DNA of 64,000 bases from Planctomycetota bacterium (GCA_965223505.1 CBDCWP010000034.1:96001-160000), one strand, 5' to 3'; positions 38,965 through 49,363 are shown, counted from the stretch's first letter. The notes: generated from the letters alone by a model not told the origin. Numbers and translations are program-made.

Positions 38965-41900
38965 CTACGCGTCGCCGTGTTCGACCGCCGGCGTCGTGGC
39001 GTCGGGCGTGTCGCGCTTGTCGCTGCGAACGTCAGCGTCGATGTCGCGGTACAGGCGCACCTGCTCGCGCATCACGCCGCGCAGCTCCGGCGGCGACTGC
39101 TGGTAGAGCTCTTCGAGCAGCCGGCTGGCGGCGCGCAGGTGCAGCGGCTTGTTCGTCGCGCGCCACAGCACGTATTCCGCTTCGAGACGAACGAGGAACG
39201 GCAGACGCTGCTCGTTCTCGGCGAGCGCGCGCTCCGCCGCCGCGGCGTCCCCCCCGGGGAGCATCGCGTCGAGTCCTCGTCCGAGCACCGCCCACGCGGA
39301 CGCGCTGAGGTCACGGCCGAGCGCGAGCACCTCGTCGACGATCTGACGCGCCTCGGCCTCGTGGCCGGCGGTCATTTGCAGGCCGGCCTGCCGCACGAGC
39401 GTTTCCATGCCGCCGACGCGGTCGCCCGTCTCCCGCCGCAGGCCCAGCGCCTCCAGGTAGAGGCGTCCGGCCCCCGCGGCGTCGCCTCGCCGGTGTTCGA
39501 CCCAACCCAGCTCGTGGAGCACATCCGCGATGAAGCGCCGGTTGCCGGTCTGCTCGCAGCGCTCCCGGGCGGCGAGGAACGACGCGCGCGCGCGATCGAA
39601 GTCGCCGAACATGGCGGCGATGCGGCCTTGCGCCAGGAGCCCGCTCGCGCTGCCGAGCAGGTCGTCGATCTGTCGCGAAGTCGAGAGGCAGTGCTGAATG
39701 TGCGGCTCGGCGTCGTTGAACCGGCCCAGCGCCATGAGCGTCTGCCCGAGTCCGCCGCTGGCGACGGCTTCCCCTCGCCGGTAGCCCATCGCGCTCGATA
39801 CCTCGAGCGCGTTCTCCAGGCACTTCTGGGCCTGTTCGTACTCACCGATGCCGAGATAGTGCAGTCCCAGGCTGGTCTGCGCGGCGGCCTCGGCCTTCCG
39901 GAATCCGCCGCTGCGCGCGCGCGTCAGCTGCTCGCTCAGGTAGTTGCGGGCGACGTCGTACATGCCGATCTTCATGAACAGATCGCCGAGGTGTCCCGCC
40001 GCCTCGACCCCCATCCGCTCGTCCTTCGATTCGCCCGCAAGCTCGAGTTGCCGCTCGAATTGGATCCGCGCCTGCTCGTTCTCGCCCAGCTCCTGCAGCG
40101 TGACGCCGAGCATGCCGCTGGTCATCGCCTCGAGGTGCGTGTCCCGCTTGCGCACGGCGTATTCGAGGTTGGCCTGCAGCAGCGGCTGCGCCTCGGCGCC
40201 GCGCGACGTTTCGAGCAGGAGGCGGCTCTCGGCGGTGCGCGCGTGCACGAGCAGGGTTTCGTTGCGAGCGCTGATCGCGGCGTCCGTCGCGTCCTTGATG
40301 CACGCTCGCTCGACCTTGCGGTCACCGAACACGTTGGCACACGCGGCCTTGTGCAACAGAACCGGAGCGCGGTCCTCTTCGAGCAGCAGGCCGGGCTGGC
40401 CCAGAACGTGATCGGCGAGATCGAGGGCTTCGTTGTACCGCTCGTGATCCCGCAAGTGCTGCAGCACCGGCACGAGCCAGTGCAGGAACGACTCGGGCCG
40501 CGCACTGCGCAGCGCATGCCGGAGGACCTGGAACGCCTGCTCGCGATCGATCTCGTGAATCGGCCTGTCGATGAGATTGCCCTGGCGCGCGAGCGTCTGG
40601 GCGATCAGCCAGTGGTACTCGCCCGCGAGCGCCGGCGGCAGCGGTTGGTAGAGGTGCTGTTGCAGCTGCTGTTGATCGAATCGGAACTGCTGTCCCTTGC
40701 TGACGATGAGTCCGCGCCGCTCGAGGTCGGCGAGATGTCGCAGCACCTCCACGCGCTTGAGACCACAGACACGTGCAATGGTCTCGGCGTCGAACTCGAA
40801 CCCCTGGACCGCAGCCACGTCGAGCAGCGTGCGCTCCTTGTCGCTCAGTCCCTCGAGTCGCGCTTCCATGAGCTCGTGCACGGCGTGCGAGACCTCGACC
40901 TGGTCGCTCGACTCGACCTCGACGTAGCTGCCGTCCGGTAGCTTCCGAATCAACGCGCCGTCCGTCATCGCGTTGATCATGTCGAGCATCGCTTGCGGGA
41001 CGCCATCGGACTTGTACGCGATCATCGAACCGAGCTTGTCCGCGAGCGCCTGACCGCCGAGCGCGCTCTGCAGGAACTGAACGACTTCGCGCGGTGTCAG
41101 TCCGACGAGGTCCATCCGATCGAGAGCCGGCAGCTGAGCGAGGTCGCGTCGGAAGCCGTCATCGAGTCCGGCGGCGCAGGTCAGGACGACGAGCGCCCGC
41201 GAGCCCGACGCGGCCTGGGTGATCTGGTGAATCGAGCTGAGGCTGTCGTCGGATGCGAACTGGACGTCTTCGAGGACCCAGAGGACAGGCTTCTCGGACG
41301 CCAGCGACTGCAGCACCTCGCCGAAGATCGAGTCTCGTTCCTCCGCGTCGATGGCGCGCGCGGCTTCGCCCAAGGGTGCGTGCTCGACCAGCGCGGCGAA
41401 TCCGGCCAAATCGCCGGGCGACCGGTCGAGGTAGCGGCCGATGCCGTCTTGCAAGCCGGACGCGGAGAAGAAGCCGAGCAGCGAGTCGGAGAGGGCGCCC
41501 AATCCGCCGGCGACGCCGTAGCTGCCGTAGAGGATGTGAGCGGAGCCGTAGGGGAGCCCCTGTACGAACGCGTCCAGCAGTCGCGTTCGGCCGAACCCGG
41601 CTTCGCCTTCGATGAGCATGACGCCGCCGCGGCCGCGGCGGACTTCCGCCCAGCGTTCGTTCAGCGTCTTCAGCTCGCGCGCACGGCCGTGGAACGGCAC
41701 CTCACGGTCGACGTCGATGGCGATGAGGCGCCCGGGCGTCTGGCGTTCGCGGTTCTTGCGCAGCTGCCACCAGGAGGAGCCTTCGCCCTGCTCGAGGATC
41801 TCGTAGAGGTCTTCGCTCGAGGGGAACCGGTTGGCCGGCGTCTTCGCGAGCAGCACCATGACGAGCTCGTCGAGGAACTCCGACACCTTCGGGTTGGCCT

Positions 41901-42627
41901 GCCGCGGGCTCTGCGGCACGAGTCCCAGATGCGCCGTGATTACCTCCGCCGACGACTCGGCGTGAAAGGGGTTCTTCCCGGTAAGGAGCTCGAGCATCAG
42001 CACGCCGAGTGAGTAGAGGTCCGCGGACGGGCCGACCGGTTCGGATCGGAACTGCTCGGGGGCGCCGTACGTGAGCGACCCCATGAACTCGTTCTCGCCG
42101 GTGATGCGCGCCGACACCTCTTGCAGGTGCGCGACCCCGAGATCCATGATCCGGATCTGGTCGTCCTCGGTGATGAGCACGTTTTCGGGCTTGAGATCGC
42201 GGTGCACGATACCTTGCTCGTGAATGGCCACGAGCCCGCGCGTGACCTGCACGGCGATCTCGCGTAGCAGGGCGTCCGGAAGCGTGCCGTAGTCGTCGAG
42301 CAGACTGCGAAGCGTGCGGCCCTCGACGTACTCGGTCACGAGGAAGTTGACCTGCTCACCGTCCTGGATCACCGCGTCCACGTCGAGCGTTCGAACGACG
42401 TTCGGGTGGCGAACCGACTTGCCGACCTCCGCTTCTCGCAAGAAGCGTTTGAAGAATCCGGCGCGCTCGAGCAGGTGGCGGTGGACGACCTTGACCGCGA
42501 CCGCCTCGTTCTCATCGTTGCTGTCGCGCGGGCTCGCCAGGTAGACCCGGCCCATGCCGCCCGAACCGAGCTCGCGGATGACCTTGTAGGCGCCGATGCT
42601 CTGGCCGGGGGTGAAGGTGGACGACAT
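38965..42627 (-). CDS. Ser/Thr protein kinase fused to a STAND-like ATPase and TPR repeats
   Basis: GSGGMG, VAVK, HRDLKPEN, DLG, APE; FHGRAREL, GEAGFGRT, VLEDVQFA; C-terminal TPR-like repeats. Confidence 0.88.
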   Translation of the reverse strand: MSSTFTPGQSIGAYKVIRELGSGGMGRVYLASPRDSNDENEAVAVKVVHRHLLERAGFFKRFLREAEVGKSVRHPNVVRTLDVDAVIQDGEQVNFLVTEYVEGRTLRSLLDDYGTLPDALLREIAVQVTRGLVAIHEQGIVHRDLKPENVLITEDDQIRIMDLGVAHLQEVSARITGENEFMGSLTYGAPEQFRSEPVGPSADLYSLGVLMLELLTGKNPFHAESSAEVITAHLGLVPQSPRQANPKVSEFLDELVMVLLAKTPANRFPSSEDLYEILEQGEGSSWWQLRKNRERQTPGRLIAIDVDREVPFHGRARELKTLNERWAEVRRGRGGVMLIEGEAGFGRTRLLDAFVQGLPYGSAHILYGSYGVAGGLGALSDSLLGFFSASGLQDGIGRYLDRSPGDLAGFAALVEHAPLGEAARAIDAEERDSIFGEVLQSLASEKPVLWVLEDVQFASDDSLSSIHQITQAASGSRALVVLTCAAGLDDGFRRDLAQLPALDRMDLVGLTPREVVQFLQSALGGQALADKLGSMIAYKSDGVPQAMLDMINAMTDGALIRKLPDGSYVEVESSDQVEVSHAVHELMEARLEGLSDKERTLLDVAAVQGFEFDAETIARVCGLKRVEVLRHLADLERRGLIVSKGQQFRFDQQQLQQHLYQPLPPALAGEYHWLIAQTLARQGNLIDRPIHEIDREQAFQVLRHALRSARPESFLHWLVPVLQHLRDHERYNEALDLADHVLGQPGLLLEEDRAPVLLHKAACANVFGDRKVERACIKDATDAAISARNETLLVHARTAESRLLLETSRGAEAQPLLQANLEYAVRKRDTHLEAMTSGMLGVTLQELGENEQARIQFERQLELAGESKDERMGVEAAGHLGDLFMKIGMYDVARNYLSEQLTRARSGGFRKAEAAAQTSLGLHYLGIGEYEQAQKCLENALEVSSAMGYRRGEAVASGGLGQTLMALGRFNDAEPHIQHCLSTSRQIDDLLGSASGLLAQGRIAAMFGDFDRARASFLAARERCEQTGNRRFIADVLHELGWVEHRRGDAAGAGRLYLEALGLRRETGDRVGGMETLVRQAGLQMTAGHEAEARQIVDEVLALGRDLSASAWAVLGRGLDAMLPGGDAAAAERALAENEQRLPFLVRLEAEYVLWRATNKPLHLRAASRLLEELYQQSPPELRGVMREQVRLYRDIDADVRSDKRDTPDATTPAVEHGDA

Positions 42628-42797
42628 CGAAGCGAGCCCAGGAGAAAGGGGGACCGCCGACGATCGAAGTACGGGATGCCCTCGACCCTCCGCGGCAGAG
42701 GTTCCTATCGGCATCCGAACGGGGCCCACCGAAGCGCCGACCAGGGCGCGCGTTCAGACGGGGGGGCGAACAACCGCCAGGCCCTGAAAATGGGGCC

Positions 42798-44876
42798 TTA
42801 CAGAATCGTGAATGCTTCGTGAAGCGCGTCGGTCAGGGAGGCGTAGTTCGCGTCCAGGGACAGCCGAAGCAGACTCGGCTTCGTCTCGGGATCCGCCATG
42901 AGCCCCAGCGAGGTCAGCGCGAACGCGCGTCCGATGTCGCTGCGCTCGTCGCTCTTGGCTGCGCCGATCACGCTCGGAACGGCCGCGAGATCGCCCAGCT
43001 GGCCCAGCGCGATCGCCACCTGCGCCAGCACGCGTTCGGTCGACGCGTTCTCGAGCTCGCGCATCAAGGGCTGGCCCTCGTCCTTGCGGCTCAGCAGCGA
43101 GAGTGCCAGCGCCGCCTCGCTGCGAAGTTCCTCGGACCGCTTGTCCCACAAGGCGACCTTCAGCGCCTTCAGGATGTCGGCGCGCCGTGAGCTCATCTGC
43201 CCGAGGCTGACCGCGGCATAGCCGCGAAGCGCCGGGTCGTTGTTTCGATCCTCGAGGATCGAGATGAGCACGTCCGTGGACTCGAGCGTCGACTTGTGCG
43301 TGTTCACGAGGCCGAGCGCGACGACGAACGCCGAGCGCACGCCGGCACCGCCGCGTCCGCTCTCGAGCTGTTTCATGATCAGCGCACGCGACTGGTTGAT
43401 GAACGTGGCGGTCGTCTTGTGCTCCGGGGGCACCCGGTAGACCGACAGCGCCAGCGCCAGCGCACCGAAGCCACGCTGCGTCGCGACGCCGTTCTTCGCC
43501 TCCTTGAAGAGACGGCCGGTCAAGTCGCTGCGTCCGGCGAAGCGCGGGTTGCCTGCACGGAGATCAGCGCCGATCACGCGTCCGAGCGCGAGCTGCGCGA
43601 GGCCCCTGCTGAGGGGATCGCGCGCATAGCGGCACCCCTTCGACCACGCCTCGACGGCTTCCAGCCGCTCCGCCTCGGTCATCAGCTCGGCACGCGCGCC
43701 CAACGCGATGAACGCTGCGCGGCGGACCTCCTGCGGCGCCTGCCGCCAGGTCAGCGCGCGCAACAAGACGGGGGTCGTTCGGGAGCCGCCCAGGTGCACG
43801 AGCGTCGAGAACGCGTGGGCGCGTTCGTCGTCCGACCACTTGCGACGGAACACGCGCTTGCCCGTCACGATGTCGTGCAGGCCCTCGCGCACCGTCTCGG
43901 CGACGCCCGCCGGGGGTTGCAGCCGCAGCGCCGTCATCAGCGCGATCGGGATCTCCTGCGACGAGTACTTCGCGCCCAGTCGGTTCCACAGGTCGCGCGT
44001 GGTGAGCTTGCCGTCGCTCGCGAACGGACCGTCGTACGCCTGGTCGGCGAGAAGGCCGATGGACATCGCGGCGAACGCGCGCGTGCGGGTCGGCGCCGAA
44101 CGGTCGTCGATGATGGTGAACAGCCGATGCCGCACCGCTTCCATCACGTCGGCTTCGAAGCGGTGGTTGGGGCTCGTGCGGCGCAGCAGTCCGACGGCGA
44201 GCGCGCCGGACTCGCGGACGAGCGGCGACGCCTTCGCATCCTCGGCGTGTCGGAAGATCACCTCGATCGACATCGGGTCCTTGGTCACCTTCGCCAACGC
44301 GATGAGCGCGGCGGACCGCACCTCGTCGTGCAGGCGGTTCGCGGGATCGAGCAGCTCGAGCAGATACGGCACGATCTGCTTGCTCGCCGCGAGGTCGCGG
44401 ACCTTGTCCCACTTCGCCCGCGCGATGTCCCCGTGCTCTTCGTGTTGCGACGGCGTGACGGCCTCCCGGAACACGCGTTGCGAGTGGCGGTCGGGAAGGA
44501 ACGACCAGCGGTTGAGGTTCCACCAGGTCTGCCAGGTCGACTCCCACGAGGCCGTGGGGGCGCTGGGCCCGCGTCCTCTTCCCCCCGGTCCGGTCGCGGG
44601 ACGACGTCCCGTCTGGGGCGGCGTCGAGGGGGTCGTCGAGGGCATGCCCACCGGCCCCGAGGTCGGGGGCGCGGCGGTGATGGGCGGAGGCCGCGGGCCG
44701 TTGCTCGACGGCGGCAGCAGCCCGGGTTCCGGCGGCGGCGGCGGCGGCGGCGGCGTCGGGTTGGGATTGATGCGCCCGCCGTGGGCGAAGGCCGGCGTGA
44801 CGTCGATCGCGAAGAATGCCGCCAGGAGGCATCCGAGGAGAGCCACGTCCACACACAGGCGTCGCGTCGATGTCAT
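42798..44876 (-). CDS. Secreted HEAT-repeat protein with a Pro-rich N-terminus
   Basis: Signal peptide ending AFA-HGG; poly-Pro; WQTWWNLN; repeated RxxAAxALG units. Confidence 0.82.
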   Translation of the reverse strand: MTSTRRLCVDVALLGCLLAAFFAIDVTPAFAHGGRINPNPTPPPPPPPPEPGLLPPSSNGPRPPPITAAPPTSGPVGMPSTTPSTPPQTGRRPATGPGGRGRGPSAPTASWESTWQTWWNLNRWSFLPDRHSQRVFREAVTPSQHEEHGDIARAKWDKVRDLAASKQIVPYLLELLDPANRLHDEVRSAALIALAKVTKDPMSIEVIFRHAEDAKASPLVRESGALAVGLLRRTSPNHRFEADVMEAVRHRLFTIIDDRSAPTRTRAFAAMSIGLLADQAYDGPFASDGKLTTRDLWNRLGAKYSSQEIPIALMTALRLQPPAGVAETVREGLHDIVTGKRVFRRKWSDDERAHAFSTLVHLGGSRTTPVLLRALTWRQAPQEVRRAAFIALGARAELMTEAERLEAVEAWSKGCRYARDPLSRGLAQLALGRVIGADLRAGNPRFAGRSDLTGRLFKEAKNGVATQRGFGALALALSVYRVPPEHKTTATFINQSRALIMKQLESGRGGAGVRSAFVVALGLVNTHKSTLESTDVLISILEDRNNDPALRGYAAVSLGQMSSRRADILKALKVALWDKRSEELRSEAALALSLLSRKDEGQPLMRELENASTERVLAQVAIALGQLGDLAAVPSVIGAAKSDERSDIGRAFALTSLGLMADPETKPSLLRLSLDANYASLTDALHEAFTIL

Positions 44877-44904
44877 GTCGCGGTCGTTCCTCGCTCGCCC
44901 GTGC

Positions 44905-44920
44905 CCAAGCACATCCTAAG
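44905..44920 (+). promoter_or_regulatory. Direct-repeat box CCAAG-N6-CTAAG in the divergent intergenic region
   Basis: Same spacing as the boxes near the two-component genes, but no -10-like hexamer at exactly 10 nt. Confidence 0.45.
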
Positions 44921-45121
44921 GGCATATCCCGCCATTTTCCGGGGCTGGACGTCCCGAACGCGCCTCGACTGCGGCCAACGTCCCCGCAGCGCAACACAAC
45001 CGTCGCGGCCGCGAGCCGTTCGCCGGCCGTGTCGGGCCCGAAGGGCGGGTCGGTGCCTCGTGCGCTGCGCGTGTAGAGTGACTCGAGAGATGGGCGCGGC
45101 ACCTCGGGAGGCCCCTTTCAC

Positions 45122-47968
45122 ATGTGGTTCCAACGACTTGCGGCGTCCGCGGTGGTCGCCGTCGTCCTCTTGGCCGGCGCCTGCGGCGGCGGCGGCAATG
45201 AGCCCGCGCCCCAACCCCCGCCGCCCGGCCCGCCCAACCCCAATCCCACGCCGCTCGCCTTCGTGAACTGGGAGACGCCGCCGTGTTGCCCGCTGCAGTA
45301 CGACGCGAGCACCGACCGGTTGTTCCTCGCCAGCACGCCGGACCATCGTCTCGAGGTGTTTGACACGACGACGGGCGTACCCGTGCCGCTCGCGTCGATC
45401 CCCGTCGGACTGGCGCCCGTCACCGTGCGGCTGCGAACGGCGACCGAGGCCTGGGTCGTCAATCACGTCTCCGACTCGGTGAGCATCGTCGACCTCGGCA
45501 CGCTGCGGGTGCGCGCGACGCTGCAGACGCTCGACGAACCGTGCGACGTCGTTTTCGCGAACGGCCGCGCGTTCGTCTCGTGTTCCCAGGTGAACACCGT
45601 GCAGGTGTTCGACCCGGCGAACCTCGCGGCCGCGCCGCAGTCGATCCCGATCGACGGCGAGGATCCGCGCGCGCTCGCCGTGAGTCCCGCCGGCGATCGG
45701 GTGTACGTCGCCATCTTCGAGTCGGGCAACGCCACGACGATCCTGGGCGGCGGCGCGCTCGAGAACAATCCGCTGCTCGGCGGCGGCGACTTCTTCCCGC
45801 CGAACGTCGTCAACGATCCCGCGACGCCGCACGGCGGCGTGAACCCTCCGCCGAACGATGGTGTCGGGTTCTCGCCCGCCGTCAACGTTCTCAATCCGGC
45901 GATGCCGGCCGTCGGACTGATCGTCCGGAAGGACTCAGCCGCGGCCTGGATGGACGACAACGGCGGCGACTGGACCGCGTTCGTGTCCGGCGCCCAGGCG
46001 GCGCTGTCGGGGCGGCCGGTGGGGTGGGATCTCCCGGACCGGGACGTCGCGGTCATCGACACCAACACGCTCGCCGTCACCACGCACGCCACGGGCTTGA
46101 TGAACATCTGCATGGGCATGGCCGTCAACCCCGCCGACGGCCGCATCTGTGTCGTCGGCACGGACGCCACGAACGAGATTCGATTCGAGCCCAACGTCAA
46201 CGGACGGTTCGTGCGCGTGTTGATGGCCCGTGTGGATGCCGCCGACGTCACCAACAAGGCGATCGACGACCTCAACCCGCATCTCACCTACGCGACCCCG
46301 ACCGTGCCCCAGCCGCTGCGCGACCTGAGCATCGGCGATCCACGCTGCATCGTCTTCAACACGGCCGGTACGCGTGCGTTCGTCGCCGGCATGGGGTCGA
46401 ACAACGTCTTGCAGGTCGATGCGAACGGTGTGCGCGTCGGTACGACCCCGAACATCGACGTCGGTAGGGGCCCTTCCGGCCTGGCGATCGATGCCGCGCG
46501 CGATCAGCTGTACGTCTGGAACCGGTTCGAGGGCACGATCTCGATCGTCGACCTCACGCTCGAGACCGAGCTGCAGCGCGTGCCGATCTTCGATCCGACG
46601 CCGCCGGTCATTCAGACGGGGCGCCGCCACCTCTACGACACGCACGGCACGTCGGGGCTGGGGCAGGCCGCGTGCGCGTCGTGCCACGTCGACGCCCGGA
46701 TGGACCGGCTGGGGTGGGACCTCGGCGATCCGTCCGGCGACGTGGCCTCGTCCGCCCATCAGAACTGTACGCAGACGGGGTTCCTGCAACCGTGCGAGGA
46801 CTACCACCCGGCCAAAGGCCCGATGACGACGCAGACGCTGCAGGACATCATCGGGCACGAGCCGCATCACTGGCGCGGCGACCGTGACGGCATCGAGGCC
46901 TTCAACGGAGCGTTCTTCTCGCTGATGGGGGACGACACGGCGCTCTCGCCCGCCGAGATGCAGGCGTTCGAGGACTTCCTCGCGACGATCGCGTTCCCGC
47001 CGAACCCGTTTCGCAACACGGACAACACGCTCCCGCTCAACGTGCCTTTGCCGGGGCACTTCGCGACGGGACGGTTCGCGCTGAACGCCGGTGATCCGTT
47101 GCCGGCGGGCAACGCGGTCAACGGACTGAACCTGTACCGCTTCGGAAACATGGACGGCGGCATCATCGGCGCGCAGTGCGTGACGTGTCACACGATGCCG
47201 ACGGGCCTGGGAACGGATCACGACTTCGTGCCCGACATCTTCAACCTGACCGGCAACTACGACGCCAACCCCCGGCCCCTCGGTCCGAACGGCGAGCACC
47301 ACCTCGCATTGACGAGTTTGGACGGCGGCACCAACATCTCGATGAAGGTTCCGCAGCTTCGGAACATGCACGAGAAGGTCGGCTTCGACACGACGCAGGG
47401 GTCGAACAGCGCCGGCTTCGGCTTCCTGCACGACGGCAGCGTGGACTCGTTGGCGCGGTTCGTCTCCGAGCCGTTGTTCGCAACGACATCGGATCAGGAC
47501 GTCGCGGACCTGGTCGCGTTCATGCTCGCGTTCTCGGGCTCGGACCTACCTGCCGGCTCGGTGGTCGGGCCGTCCGAGCCGCCCGGCGTCTCGAGTCTCG
47601 ACACGCACGCCGCGGTCGGCAAGCAGGTGACCTACTCGGGCGGAGCGCAGCCTGCGTTGATCAACGAGCTGATCGCGTTGGCGCAGAACGCGGAGATCGA
47701 TCTCATCGTGAAGGGCGTGTTCGGCAACGAGAACCGCGGTTGGGTCTACGACCGAACGACGGTCATGTTGTTGTCCGACCGCGCGGCGCAGGTGCACACG
47801 GTGGCCGAGGTTCTTGCTGCTGCGGCGGCGAATGCGCCGCAGACGTGGACGGCGGTGCCGAGCGGGCTCGGCATGCGACTCGGGATCGACCGCGACGAGG
47901 ACACGTTTCCGGACCGCGACGAGCTCGATGCCGGATCCGACCCGACGAGCCAGCTGAGCACGCCGTAG
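45122..47968 (+). CDS. Lipoprotein: YncE/YVTN beta-propeller fused to a diheme cytochrome c peroxidase/MauG-like domain
   Basis: Lipobox AGAC; VVNHVSDSVSIVD repeats; CASCH and CVTCH; HWRGDR; KVPQLRN, GFLHDGS; C-terminal DRDEDTFPDRDE Ca-binding-like motif. Confidence 0.85.
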   Translation: MWFQRLAASAVVAVVLLAGACGGGGNEPAPQPPPPGPPNPNPTPLAFVNWETPPCCPLQYDASTDRLFLASTPDHRLEVFDTTTGVPVPLASIPVGLAPVTVRLRTATEAWVVNHVSDSVSIVDLGTLRVRATLQTLDEPCDVVFANGRAFVSCSQVNTVQVFDPANLAAAPQSIPIDGEDPRALAVSPAGDRVYVAIFESGNATTILGGGALENNPLLGGGDFFPPNVVNDPATPHGGVNPPPNDGVGFSPAVNVLNPAMPAVGLIVRKDSAAAWMDDNGGDWTAFVSGAQAALSGRPVGWDLPDRDVAVIDTNTLAVTTHATGLMNICMGMAVNPADGRICVVGTDATNEIRFEPNVNGRFVRVLMARVDAADVTNKAIDDLNPHLTYATPTVPQPLRDLSIGDPRCIVFNTAGTRAFVAGMGSNNVLQVDANGVRVGTTPNIDVGRGPSGLAIDAARDQLYVWNRFEGTISIVDLTLETELQRVPIFDPTPPVIQTGRRHLYDTHGTSGLGQAACASCHVDARMDRLGWDLGDPSGDVASSAHQNCTQTGFLQPCEDYHPAKGPMTTQTLQDIIGHEPHHWRGDRDGIEAFNGAFFSLMGDDTALSPAEMQAFEDFLATIAFPPNPFRNTDNTLPLNVPLPGHFATGRFALNAGDPLPAGNAVNGLNLYRFGNMDGGIIGAQCVTCHTMPTGLGTDHDFVPDIFNLTGNYDANPRPLGPNGEHHLALTSLDGGTNISMKVPQLRNMHEKVGFDTTQGSNSAGFGFLHDGSVDSLARFVSEPLFATTSDQDVADLVAFMLAFSGSDLPAGSVVGPSEPPGVSSLDTHAAVGKQVTYSGGAQPALINELIALAQNAEIDLIVKGVFGNENRGWVYDRTTVMLLSDRAAQVHTVAEVLAAAAANAPQTWTAVPSGLGMRLGIDRDEDTFPDRDELDAGSDPTSQLSTP

Positions 47969-48041
47969 GCGCCGTCGCCACGTCGCGTCTCCCGCGACCC
48001 GTGAGAAACCAACGCACGGTGAGACGCGCCGTTCGCCGCGC

Positions 48042-48752
48042 CTACCGGCTCGCCACCCACGCCTTCGCCTCGTCCGTCCCGTACTCGCGCCAGTACGCGA
48101 GGCAGCGCGCCCAGTCGTCGTCGCTCAGACGTCCCTGCTCGCGGAGGAACGACAGGGTCTCGGTCATCGTGACGACCGGCAACACCGGCACCCCGGTGAG
48201 CTCCGTGAACGCCTGCACCGCGCCGGACCCGTCGGCCTTGACCTCCTGCCGATCCAAGACGATCAGCAGCGCCGCAACGGAGCTGTTCGGCGCGATGCGC
48301 CTCAACAGCTCCACCGCCTCCATCTTCGTCGCGCCGTCGGTGAGCACGTCGTCCACCATGACGAAGCGCGCGTCGTCGGCCGGAACGCGACCCAACAGCT
48401 GCTTCGCGACGTTGCCGCCGCTCGCTTCGGCGCCGTGCGCCTTGGCTTCCTTGCGGTCCGAGAGGGCCGCCTTGTCCACGCCCCGCTCCGCGAGGGCCAC
48501 CACCATCGCCACGGCGAGGGGGATGCCCTTGTAGGCCGGGCCGAACACGACGTCGAAGGCGTCCGCCCCGACGCGATCGAGCGCCGTCTCGGCGTAGGCG
48601 GCGCCGACCTTGGCGTAGCGCGCTCCCGTGTCGAGGAGGCCCGTGTTCAGGAACACGGGGGACGTCCGACCGCTCTTCAGCGTGAACTCACCGAATCGCA
48701 GCGCCTCGGCCTCCAGGAGAAAGTCGACGAACGCCTGTTGATACGCCTGCAT
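48042..48752 (-). CDS. pyrE: Orotate phosphoribosyltransferase
   Basis: FGEFTLKSGRTSP, FGPAYKGIP, RKEAKAHG, VDDVLTDG. Confidence 0.93.
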   Translation of the reverse strand: MQAYQQAFVDFLLEAEALRFGEFTLKSGRTSPVFLNTGLLDTGARYAKVGAAYAETALDRVGADAFDVVFGPAYKGIPLAVAMVVALAERGVDKAALSDRKEAKAHGAEASGGNVAKQLLGRVPADDARFVMVDDVLTDGATKMEAVELLRRIAPNSSVAALLIVLDRQEVKADGSGAVQAFTELTGVPVLPVVTMTETLSFLREQGRLSDDDWARCLAYWREYGTDEAKAWVASR

Positions 48753-48967
48753 GCCTCGGGCTCCGGGTGGGTTCGGCGGAGCATAGCGGTGGCGGGGACG
48801 GGACCTGCAAGACGACCCGACCCCGCGGAGGGAACGTGTCACCCGCCGGTCACTGCCAAATCGGCCTAAGACCTTCTGAGAGCCTGATTTCGGGGCAATT
48901 CGGGCGGGGGTTGAGTGGACTTCCGGCCGCGAAACCGTTATCTGGAACATCGACACGGGAGGGGCGC

Positions 48968-49141
48968 ATGCAGCGCATTCGCAGACGAATCGCAACGGTA
49001 CTCCTGGCGGGCTCGTTCCTGGTTCCGCTGCCGGGCTGCTCCGGGGCGCAGACGGGCGCCGGGTTCGGGGCGCTGGCCAAGCTGGCCCTCGGAATCGGCG
49101 CCAGCGTCGGCAGCTACCTGCTGATCCAGGAGCTGGACTAG
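48968..49141 (+). CDS. Small (57 aa) putative lipoprotein with a Gly-rich hydrophobic C-terminal helix
   Basis: GGAGG RBS; MQRIRRRIATVLLAGSFLVPLPGC signal/lipobox; GFGALAKLALGIGASVG. Confidence 0.55.
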   Translation: MQRIRRRIATVLLAGSFLVPLPGCSGAQTGAGFGALAKLALGIGASVGSYLLIQELD

Positions 49142-49202
49142 GCCCGAAGGCGGGTCCGGCGCAGCCCGAGAAATTGGGGCCGCGCGGCAGGGGCATCCTT
49201 TG

Positions 49203-49230
49203 TTGACCGCCCCGATGCCCCCCGTAACAT
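49203..49230 (+). promoter_or_regulatory. Sigma70-type promoter of the tRNA-tuf operon
   Basis: TTGACC-N16-TAACAT about 60 nt upstream of tRNA-Gly. Confidence 0.65.
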
Positions 49231-49289
49231 TCGCCGCTTACGGGCTTCGTTTCGCCTTGCCGTCTTCCGGGGGCCCCGGACGACAGGGT

Positions 49290-49363
49290 GCGGGCGTAGC
49301 TCAATGGTAGAGCTGCGGCCTTCCAAGCCGCTGACGTGGGTTCGATTCCCATCGCCCGCTCCA
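49290..49363 (+). tRNA. tRNA-Gly (TCC)
   Basis: GCGGGCG acceptor, TAGCTCAATGGTAGAGC D arm, anticodon TCC, GTTCGA, encoded CCA. Confidence 0.96.

Noticed and set aside
48856..48880. CTAAG near pyrE / small lipoprotein as another regulon box
   Set aside because: Neighbouring half-sites (CCAAA, CTGAG) are at 10-bp rather than 11-bp spacing; single CTAAG/CTTAG at 58185 and 62265 also lack partners
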